Source of the DNA: Ramazzottius varieornatus | Lineage: Eukaryota > Animalia > Tardigrada | NCBI GenBank assembly: GCA_001949185.1 | Contig: BDGG01000014.1 | Coordinates: 1 to 64,000, forward strand | Reading direction: 5' to 3' | Length of the DNA stretch: 64,000 bases | Shown here: piece after piece, positions 55,019 through 64,000 of the stretch | Position numbering within the stretch: the stretch's first letter is position 1 | Layout: the number at the start of each line of letters is the position of its first letter | Translations under genes and position numbers: made by a program | Notes under the pieces: generated by a model | Database searches by the model: none | What the model was told of the DNA's origin: nothing | What the model saw: the letters and a program-made list of their open reading frames with translations, nothing else

Positions 55019-56674
55019 CACATGTTTACTCCTGTACAGTACATGCACTCCATGTTGTCGTCAAATTATGGCCGTAATCCAGATACCCTCATTGAAAAGC
55101 AAAAACAGAAACCTTCCATACTACGTAAAACGTTGGCCAGTGCCTGCAGTGCGCAGTCTCCTCGACACCGTGTATCTTCGAAACATCGCGTTTTGGCCAA
55201 TCAAGTCGATCAAGCCATCATGCTGATCGCGCTTATGACGTCATGTCTGTTGGCTCAGCTTGAGCAAGTCAGGCTGCAGCTTGGCTGAATTTGGAAATTC
55301 ATTTTCGAAATTTAATTTCAACGGCTGAGCTTTTCGTTTATTTTCGTTCACTTCTTGTTTCCCCTTGTTCTTTTCAAATTATCTTGCCACCATCGGAAGC
55401 AGACAACTTGAAAATGGAGACCTATGGTACAGAGGAGCTGGAGAAACTGTTTTTGCGAGCTGAGGGGATCGCTCCAGATGGTACAGCTGTTGTCAGGTAA
55501 GACTGTCTGTTGGGATTCGTCTAAGAATGCTAGCGCTTCTTGCGTGCTTTGTCTTGACCTGTCTGTCTTGTTTCTTGCAGAGTATGTTCTCCCGACTGTC
55601 GAGTTCAGAGCAGAGGAAGAAAACAGCCATAAAGATGATCAAACCAGCCAAAGATGTCAGAACCAAAACCGAGCGGTAAGAATTCAACCGCTCCATACAA
55701 TTCTATTTGCCTCATTGAGGCGTGTTAACGAACAATGTTTCTTCCCGTATAGGTGGAAGACGTTTCTGTCCCTGCTGGGCTGCTCGAGAGTCTTGAAGAG
55801 GAAGAAGAAGGTGAGCCTCAGCCTGCAGACTTGTTTCTTGATCATGCTCGCCTTCTGTCCGGTCGATCCACAATCTGGGTTTGATTTTTGATTGTGCATA
55901 GATTTTCGGCATATCCTTAACCGGGCCGTGCGTCAAGCCCTTGCTTGCCGTTTCATACTCTGATCTTGGTTTCTTTCCCGCAGGCTTTGGATTGCTGGAC
56001 AGAGACTAGTAGTCGAAGGCAAGAACTGACGCAGATAGACGAGAACGGGTCGGAGTGGTGAAGGGTGGAATCTGCCGTCGAGCACATCATCAGACTTTCA
56101 TCCGGCAAAGAGATCGGTGAAGATCGGTGTCGTCGGGGCTGAGAGTCTGTCCCCGATGAAGTGTTGCGTTCAATATGATCTGGTAACTCTCTGCCTGTTG
56201 TTTTGAAGTGACTGGATCCGTCTGACACTAAAACGTGAATCTCTCGGTGGAAAAAAGTCCTCCCTGCTGATTGTCGTTGTTAAAGTACTTTTCTAACAGT
56301 AACAACATTTTCTTTCGGAAGTTGTTTTTTTGCGGTCTGCGCTGGCGTATTAACGGATTTCACCTATGTCTGTACCACGTCCATGTCTTGGATGAAAAAT
56401 GTGCAGTCCTTGTAACACAAGCGGCCAGTTTGCTCACGCGAATCATCAGTGTCTCGAAGACATCAGAGCAGTCGAACAGTGTCCAAGCCTTGTTCGAAAT
56501 CATGTTCGGTTTCCAATGAGGGATACTGTATTGGCACATGGTCGAGGCATTGTTATTGCTTATCCGTCTCTTTGATGCATTTTCGCTGGTGTAGTGCCTT
56601 CGAACAATAAATGGGTTTCGGCGGCCCATTTCAGTAAGGATTGATCGTTGGGCAGATTGTCAGGAAACGAATTC

Positions 56675-57001
56675 AAAGTTTTGAGACCGCGAAGGCAAAG
56701 TTGAACTGCTGGTGTAATCTGGTGTGCCTAGCGTCGAGGAACACGAAGCTGAAACCATTTGGCCATCTGACCACTGGTAAAACGGCTACGTCAGGACGAT
56801 CCAGAAGGGTTCGAATTTTTGCCAGAACGACACCACACAGCGTAAGACCGCACATACAATGATTTTGACGCAGCCTTTTTGATCGTCCCGACGTTTTCTA
56901 GAATATCTTCCCAAAAGTTGAACAGTTTCGACAGACTTCCACCCGTGACGAAGCGTGGCACCTGCACTACGCGATGTCGTTGGATATTCCCTACAACTTT
57001 A
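56675..57001. repeat. Dispersed repeat, copy 2 (homolog at 50330-50702)
   Basis: Same conserved blocks in the same order and orientation. Confidence 0.75.
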
Positions 57002-57489
57002 TGTAAGAACATGGTAGTTCGGCAGCAAAGGAGACCTTTGCGGAGATGGGCCGCCGAACCCAAATTTGGGAAAACAACTAGATTTCGCGGAGGTCCTTGG
57101 AGATTAACTTTAATTTTTCTGCAAGTTTAGCAGTAGTCATCGCTGAATAACTAACTTCATTGCTGACTATCTGACGTCCTCGCTAATTTTTCTACATGGT
57201 TCTTCGGTGCTGATGTTTTATGCATCTGTGAGTGTATATAGGACGATTGCGGAATTACGATGGACCCATAAAGCTAGAAAACGGTACTATAAAACGAGGC
57301 AATTTGAGTTAAGTTAATCAATTTCGAACAATGGTCAATTTTCAGCGTAATTACCCGAAGTTTCACCAAAGTTTCACCATAATCACCCGGAGCTGTGTTA
57401 AGGTCTGAAATGATTTTGTAACCTGCTGAACGTATTTCAACACGTTCGGACCTCGCCAACAGAGACGACGTATTTCCAGTCTGTTACAG

Positions 57490-57813
57490 TCCCTGTTCGG
57501 AAGAGCCTCCGATCCATCATACCGACCATTTAACATTTTGGGATCTGTCCTGGTTTGCTACAGAGAATTTTGGGTGCCTTTTGGGTTCATTAAAGGTTCA
57601 TATATGTGACATTATGTCTATCGGACATGAATGTTACATACATGAACCATTCATGAACCCGTTATGGAACACTCATGTCCGATAGACATATATGTCACAT
57701 ATATGAACCTTTACTGAACACAAAATGCACCCAAAATGCTCTGTGGCAAGCCAGGACTGTTCCCAGATGTTATATGGTCGGTATAATGGATCGGAGGCTC
57801 TTCCGAACAGGGA
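57490..57813. repeat. 324-bp foldback with ~150-bp arms
   Basis: TCCCTGTTCGGAAGAGCCTCCGATCCAT / ATGGATCGGAGGCTCTTCCGAACAGGGA perfect outer 28 bp; complementarity continues almost to the centre. Confidence 0.92.
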
Positions 57814-57817
57814 ATGT

Positions 57818-58243
57818 GGGTTTTGTCAAATGAGATTCCCTTTTTTCGCGAGCATTCCGAATCCTGCTTTTCTGACGTGAGATTGTAGAGAAAAACCTAC
57901 CTTGTACAGCTTCCTTAGCTTCACGCATGACGTCATCGTACTCGTATAAGTTTGACTCGGTACAGACATTAGATCCCAGCCACTGCCTGGGATATGCTTC
58001 GCGCGTACGCCGATGTCATGCGTAGTCTGTAAAGCAGTGGAATACTGAACCCCAATATTCTTCCTTCCATACCTTTTCTACCAGTTGTCGGACAGCTTTT
58101 CTGTTACGTATATTCGATAAGCACGGTAAACTCTACAAACCTATACGAGCACGAGGGTTGAACACCTAAACGCAGAATCTAAAAATGCATCTCTTGAACA
58201 ATTTCGATTTCGTCGAACAAAAAGAATCTCATTGCCAAAACCC
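57818..58243. mobile_element. MITE with GGG termini and possible 4-bp TSD (ATGT)
   Basis: GGGTTTTGTCAAATGAGATTC / GAATCTCATTGCCAAAACCC; inner arms CGTACTCGTATAAGTTTG / CAAACCTATACGAGCACG. Confidence 0.7.
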
Positions 58244-59405
58244 ATGTGAAGGTTGTCGAGTTAGGAAACGATGTGGACGAAGACGTCGCAATGGATGTGG
58301 ATTACCTATTCGAGCCATCCCAAGACGCTTTCACCTTATTTACCGTATGTTGCGGTAGACTTCTAAAATGATCTTCCCACATTGAACTAACTTTGCTACG
58401 ATACTCTAAAGCACCACTTTGTAATAATCATTCAAGAAGCCATCTGTTCCTGTCAAAGTCGAAGATTTGTGTTTCATCTGAGGACACATTTTCCATCGTA
58501 AAGGTCTCCTGCTGATTAATACACTAGCATATCTAACTCTAACACCACACTACTAATCGCTCCACACAGCTTCCAACACAGAATACCGTCGTTCCGCATG
58601 GCAAACGACCTTGAGATTCCGAATACAGCGTCGGGTAATCATGTTGAAACTTCGGGTAATTTCGGGCACATTGTGGAACTTTGGTGAGACTTTGGGTAAT
58701 TTATGGAGAAAATTGACCATTGCCCGAAATTGATTAACTTAACTTGAAATTACCTCCGTCAACCCTCAGAACTTTCGCTCTGCACAGCTGCCTACTTCTT
58801 CGAGTGCTTCCCGTGGACGTGCCGCCAAAGTCAACTTTCTCGGCTGATTTTCATTCGAGAATCTTCCTGTGCTCTGGATTGTGTTGACCGAGGAATGAAA
58901 AGAAACAGAAGAGCGGATGTTAGAGAGAAAAGCACCATGCTATCACTCCCCAGGAAGGTTCCGTATAGCAAGTAGAATCGAGACGTGTTACGTCACACAA
59001 ATTCTAAGCAAACGCAGTGTCAATCCTGCTTCACCATACTGACGTTACATTCCACCATCAGGACCTGCCGAGTTTCTATTTTCTATTGGCATCCAGCCAT
59101 TGAGCAAAGCCCAAAGTATGGCACTCAGACAATTTGAAGGATGAAAATGGAACTCAATGGCGCTGCCTAAAAAACCACGTAGCTTGTGTTGGAGAATACG
59201 CTCCGTGACGTAACACGATGTGTTTCTGTAGTGCAAAAGTAACTGAATCATCTCCGGCGGCGGTCCTAGTGACTCAGACTAAAGGTTCCCGTAGTGCTGA
59301 ATCCCGATTATACTCTGCGCAGAAGAATGGCGGTTCGAGTGAGCCGACCATTGCTTCAGTGCACGGAATATACAGTATGTGGCCCATTCTGTGTTTTCTC
59401 TGTCA

Positions 59406-59737
59406 TGACGAGGGGAGTTTGCCGTCGCTCCAGTCTTGTTTCACAAACTGAAACGGCAGAAAGGTAGACGAGAGAGAATTCTCTTTCGACTGAAACAGAC
59501 TAGGCTGGCAGAGAAAATTCTGGGAGACATAGCAGGAAGCAGAAGTGAGGTCAGAATCTGGACGCAACATGGTGCTGATTGAGACTATCGAGAAAGGTAA
59601 GTTTTCCGCCTCCTGCTGTCTTCCAGGGTTTTCTTCTACCAGCCTAGTCTGTCTCAGTCGATAGAGAAACTCTCCTCTACCGTTCTGTCGTTTTAGTTTG
59701 TGGAACAAGACTGGAGCTCTGGCAGAATCCCCCGTTA
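59406..59737. mobile_element. Foldback MITE with ~135-bp arms
   Basis: GCTCCAGTCTTGTT / AACAAGACTGGAGC, CGACTGAAACAGACTAGGCTGG / CCAGCCTAGTCTGTCTCAGTCG, AGCAGGA / TCCTGCT. Confidence 0.88.
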
Positions 59738-59797
59738 GGATTTTCGCCCCACGCTCGGGCATGATGCTCTGGTGACTCTAGTCCTTCAGTCTTCACC

Positions 59798-60900
59798 ATG
59801 AATTCAACAAATTCTTCCTTCCCTTATTCAGCCGTCATTCTTAATGCCACGAATGGTATTCCTATTATCTATGGCCTCTTACCGCGCGACAGCATCATTC
59901 AATGGGCAGCCATCACGTTTCTGATTTCCATCTACGGTGCAATCGCCGGATGTGTTGTTATCCACGCCATCTGGAAGACGGACTCCCGTGGTCAGCAAAT
60001 CAGCGGATCCAACCTTTTGACCGTCAATGTCCTTCATGCATCTGGTCAACTGCGCCATCAACACGCCCATTATCGTCTATATGGTCACCCTGCGGAACGT
60101 CTACGGCCAGAACCCACCGGACGTGTGCTTCATCGTCCACCTACTTAACTTCATCATAAGCTCTTCCCTTGACTGGTGCAACGCTTGTTTATCCCTTCAC
60201 CGCATCATCGCTCTTCGCTTCCCTACAAAATACGCCGCAGTAACGCGTCGACCTGTTGTCTGGACCGCGATTATCTTTACATGGTTAGCGAGTCTGGCTG
60301 TCAACATCTCATACAGCCTCGGGAATGGCGGCTGGTACGCTCTAATTGCCTGAGTTCGATGCGGAGTGCGAATCATTGAAAAGAAAGTCGTCGGGATCCT
60401 AGTGGCTTTCAGTGCCTACATTCCCTTCGGTATTTCGGCAACGTGCGCGGTGTTGCTTTTTGGGACCGTCGTCTGGGTGAAGATAAAGGGTAACCAGCAG
60501 GTGCAGCCCAACGGTGAAAAAAGTACCAGCGTCTAGAGCTGAGGAGCGAAGGATCCGTCTGGTACAAACTTTGCTGGCAGCGATGGTGTTTGATGCGTTG
60601 TGCTGGAAAACATGGGTAGTTATAGGGTCGAGCTTTCCTCTTGTCTACGTCCACTATCCTTTGATATCGGTTTGGTCACGGACCTCCCAGGCCATCACGT
60701 CTTCGTTTGTGCCAGTAAGTGGATCCTTGCACCTTCAAGTTCAGTTTGTAGACATATCTGCGTTGGACTCTTTTCACCGGTCGATCAATCTTGCTCTGAT
60801 TACTGTCTTCCCTCTAAGGTTTCGCGCTGTCACGTGACAGGCCAGTAAGTATTGCCTGGTGGGGATAAAAAACTTCAGCGCTTCTAATCAAAGATTGCTG
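59798..60900 (+). pseudogene. GPCR pseudogene, paralog of 52850-53956
   Basis: NCAINTPIIVYMVTL, WCNACLSLHRIIALRFPTKY, RRIRLVQTL, VYVHYP..WSRT..FVP with the same TM7 intron donor (60715). Frameshift at ~60030 and TGA at 60351-60353. Confidence 0.85.
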
Positions 60901-60975
60901 GCCAATCAAGTGCAGCAATGTGCCACATTTCGGCATCAGGCCCTGGGTAGAATTCACTGGCATGTCACGTGACTG

Positions 60976-61020
60976 CGCGAAACAACGCGAAACAACCGAA
61001 ACAACGCGAAACAACCGCGC
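60976..61020. repeat. Minisatellite (C)GCGAAACAAC, about 4 copies
   Basis: cgcgaaacaa cgcgaaacaa ccgaaacaa cgcgaaacaa. Confidence 0.8.
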
Positions 61021-62814
61021 TTCTCGCGGCAGCCTCTTTCTCCAGGAAAACAAGCAGAAGCCTATCAGAACGACCGCTACAGGTCCTCAGTCCCGAAACC
61101 AGACAGTGGCTGTCGGAGGATCAGCGCCGCATTGTTGATATTCTCAGGCTCAGCGGTCCCGTTGCGTAATACAGTAGAACCTGTGCTACTTTACATACGT
61201 TACTTTCACTAGAGGTCCAGATCCGTTCGCGGGGCGCGCAATATTGACGTTGAACTCTCTACGTCATTACAAATGGGAGGAGAGTGCCTGTATCATAATC
61301 GTATCGCTATCGTCTGACGATACTTGGCCAAGCATCGTCGTAAGATTTGAATGATCACCGATCCTCTCCCAGAGTACGTCGTGCTGATCTTGGTATCAAA
61401 ATGTAGAAAAATCATTCCTGTATCATTCGACGCCGTGCATGGCTGAGCAAAGTGTTTTTCTCTGATTCAAAATTAAGTTTGGCGAGAAGGGGTGAAAATG
61501 GCCAGAATCAGTCATCTTTGCCGTTGTGCAGCTCAAATCTGGGGCTATACGTTATGACGTCACCGGATGGAAGTCGGTGCTCCGGATGGCGAAGACGGAG
61601 CGACTATTATTGTTTCGCGATTGCCGAAAGACACAAAACTTTTCAAGATGCGAATACGATGCGACTTCTATTGAGATTGTATCAGGCTCGTGATCGTAAC
61701 TGAACGACGAATAGCCTCTATTATGGAGTACCGGAACATCGGAAACCAACTTCACTTCTGTCCTGTCGGATTGGAAACCCTTGAACCATGGTGACCTTCC
61801 TGGACAGAGCTGTTTGTCTGGAGCTGTCAGAAGGAAGACAGCTAAAGTGACTGGCGAGTCCCGGTGTTTTCAGGTTTTTTTAGTAGCGAGTGGCAACAGA
61901 TATTCTTCGCTGTAATTTTCATTCTGTTTCCAGAACAGTTGCGTCTAACTGCTTGCATGGAGTTGCGCTGCTATAGAAAATTGTGCTATACTGTACTCTC
62001 TCTGCTTTCAACTTTTTTCTACAGGTTTGGACTTTTTCGTTGCTGTATGAAGCTCGAAAAATATATTCTGCTTATGCAATCTTGCTGAGACGGCATCCTG
62101 CTACATGGAAAAAGGAACGATGGAAAAAGGATTTTTGCTGCTTCTCGCTTTGAAGGAAAATTTAGCCATTAGAAGGACGAGTAAGCACAACTTCAAACAT
62201 GCGTACGTCCTCTTTGTGCATACAAGCACCCAGTTTTATTCAACTCCCAATTTTAGGTTTTGGTCTTTCGGGTTACGGTTTTTTCCTTCGTCTGTACCTC
62301 AGTCTTCTCACCAAAGCGGCACTGATGGCCAGCGGTCAGCGGAACAGCAGCACGCTGCAAAAATCTTCTACGGTGGTTTTGGTGAAATTTGGTGTAATTT
62401 GGTGTTTCGTCTCTTCGCGCGAGACGCGTACACGATATTCGCTCAGAAAAAACTGAAACACAGAGGACAGTCTTTCCACCGAAGCCAAGCCTAGGATAAA
62501 TTGTATTATCGTCAGTGCGGTCAGAAGAAAATCAGGACGGCCAGGCCTCCTTTTTGAAATTTGGCTTTCATGGCCTGCCAATCAACCGAATTTCGAAATT
62601 TTGAAAATTGCCTATTGGATGGACCGGCCTCCGCCACACGGTATCAGCCAATCAAAATCCTGTTTACACAAAGAGGACGGTGGTGTCTGCCAGCAAGAAA
62701 ATCATCGTGCTGAAAGTGATAATCTTGGTTAGTTGGTTGGAAGGAGAACAATAGGCTCATTGGGAGCGGATTTGGAATGAGGAAGGTGAAGCACCGGTGA
62801 TCGGTCATCATCGG

Positions 62815-64000
62815 TCATCCCTCGTTGTGATGTTGTGGAATATGAGGTTGTTGAGGAGAGTGAAAAGAGGAGTGAGAAGTCGTGGTAAATTCGGAGGCAC
62901 GGAAGTAGCCAAAGAAGGCAAAGCAACAGGCACACCAATACAGACGTTGGACGCCTGGAGGAAGGGATGAATGGCGCAGGGTGGACTTGATGTGAGTCAT
63001 GATTGACATGCTTAAGGGTCGCCGCTGGTCAACCTGACGGGGAAAAAACCGCGAGTAACCTTCCAATGCACAAGACAAGATAAATTTATCGTCGAGGGAA
63101 AGGAGACCATGTTTTCTGAGGGAATTATTCATAGCGGAAAGATAAACATGAATAGTGGAGGACGCCACTTTTTGATGGAACAATGAAGCGATAAAAAGCA
63201 ACACAGATTTGACATCAACAACGCGACTATGATAATCAAAGCAGAACTTTCGAAATTTGCGGAGGCCAGTCATAAGTTCGTCTCGTAGAAGGAGAAATAT
63301 GGTCTTTCAAGAGCTTGTTGACAGTGACTTCGAGCTCCATTTTTCACGCAGGTAGGCAGAATGAAGTGGGGTAAAGAGATCGGGAAGGAGAGCGGGTCTC
63401 GGGTTAGCAGAAAGAGCAAGAGAGCGGAAACGAGAGAGATCGTTACGAAAAAGAGCGTCAGCGATGCCATTGTCTTCATCAGAAAGATGAACAAGGAGAA
63501 TAACAAAATTGTGGGTGGCCGAGATGGAAACGATCTCACGAAGTACCGTAAATGGAGGACGGCGCGGCTTGATGAGCCTAATTTGTTGAAGGCTTGGACT
63601 GCGCCAAGATTATCACACTGGAAGGATATTTGTCGCTTGGTGAAAGGTGAGCACAATAAAGAACAGGCAAATACGATCGGTATCAGTTCAAGAAGCTCAA
63701 TACTGAAGGAAGAAGAGAGGACCCAGCTGGGCCAACGAAGACTAAACCATTCACCATCAAAGTACCCGCCGCAGCCAAGGGTGGCGCTGGCGTTAGTAAA
63801 GAGATTGATGGTGGAAGAATGTAACCATAAAGGACGAATAAACGAGGAAGTGCCGTTCCACAAAGGGAGAAATTTAATCCACCATTCGACATCGAGATGT
63901 ACATCTGGGACAAGATTAAAATGATCGACAGATGGAGTAAATGATGAGAGCAGGATGATTAGCCGCCGAATAAACATCCTGCCACTGGGGGTACATTTGG
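62815..64000 (-). mobile_element. DIRS/Ngaro-type tyrosine-recombinase retrotransposon remnant (RT end, RNase H, truncated YR); runs off the window
   Basis: GRMFIRRL, WW..FLPLWNG, FTNAS..GCGGYF..W, IELLEL, CDN (DIRS-type RNase H, first Asp changed to Asn). Downstream ORF has SSTIHVYLSA, RRPLS, AFFGYFRASEF (YR N-half), then truncates. Confidence 0.88.

Larger units (their letters stand above)
57296..58756. mobile_element. Non-autonomous element with long TIRs (GAGG termini) enclosing two further foldbacks
   Basis: AGTTAAGTTAATCAATTTCGAACAATGGTCAATTTTC (~57307) / GAAAATTGACCATTGCCCGAAATTGATTAACTTAACT (~58708-58744), plus ATTACCCGAAGTTTCA / TGAAACTTCGGGTAAT. Confidence 0.8.

Noticed and set aside
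63361-63924. 187-aa plus-strand ORF
   Set aside because: Antisense shadow of the DIRS RNase H region; no motifs.

Overview
Eukaryotic animal genomic DNA with many short (about 60-100 nt) GT-AG introns, so the ORF track splits most genes. The style suggests a compact invertebrate genome such as a tardigrade, but I cannot verify that. Host genes: NAF1; a ~1475-aa single-pass LRR receptor; an ~18.4-kb gene for a type II membrane GH31 sucrase-isomaltase/maltase-glucoamylase-like protein with FOUR apparently intact catalytic modules in one polypeptide (A-B-A'-B'); a convergent 105-aa orphan secreted pre-pro-peptide with a furin site; an intact astacin-fold protein that has lost its zinc and catalytic residues; and an orphan class A GPCR family (one intact gene, two pseudogenes). 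Mobile DNA: a DD84E Sailor-type Tc1 transposase, two hAT elements (one with perfect TIRs and TSD, nested inside an older inverted-repeat element), a CR1/L2-group LINE, a CRE-clade RLE retroelement preceded by a duplicated covarying RNA motif, a DIRS-type remnant and many MITEs/foldbacks. A ~120-bp palindromic family with a fixed 24-25-nt core spacer occurs six times. There is one 50-N assembly gap. All exon models were spliced by hand.
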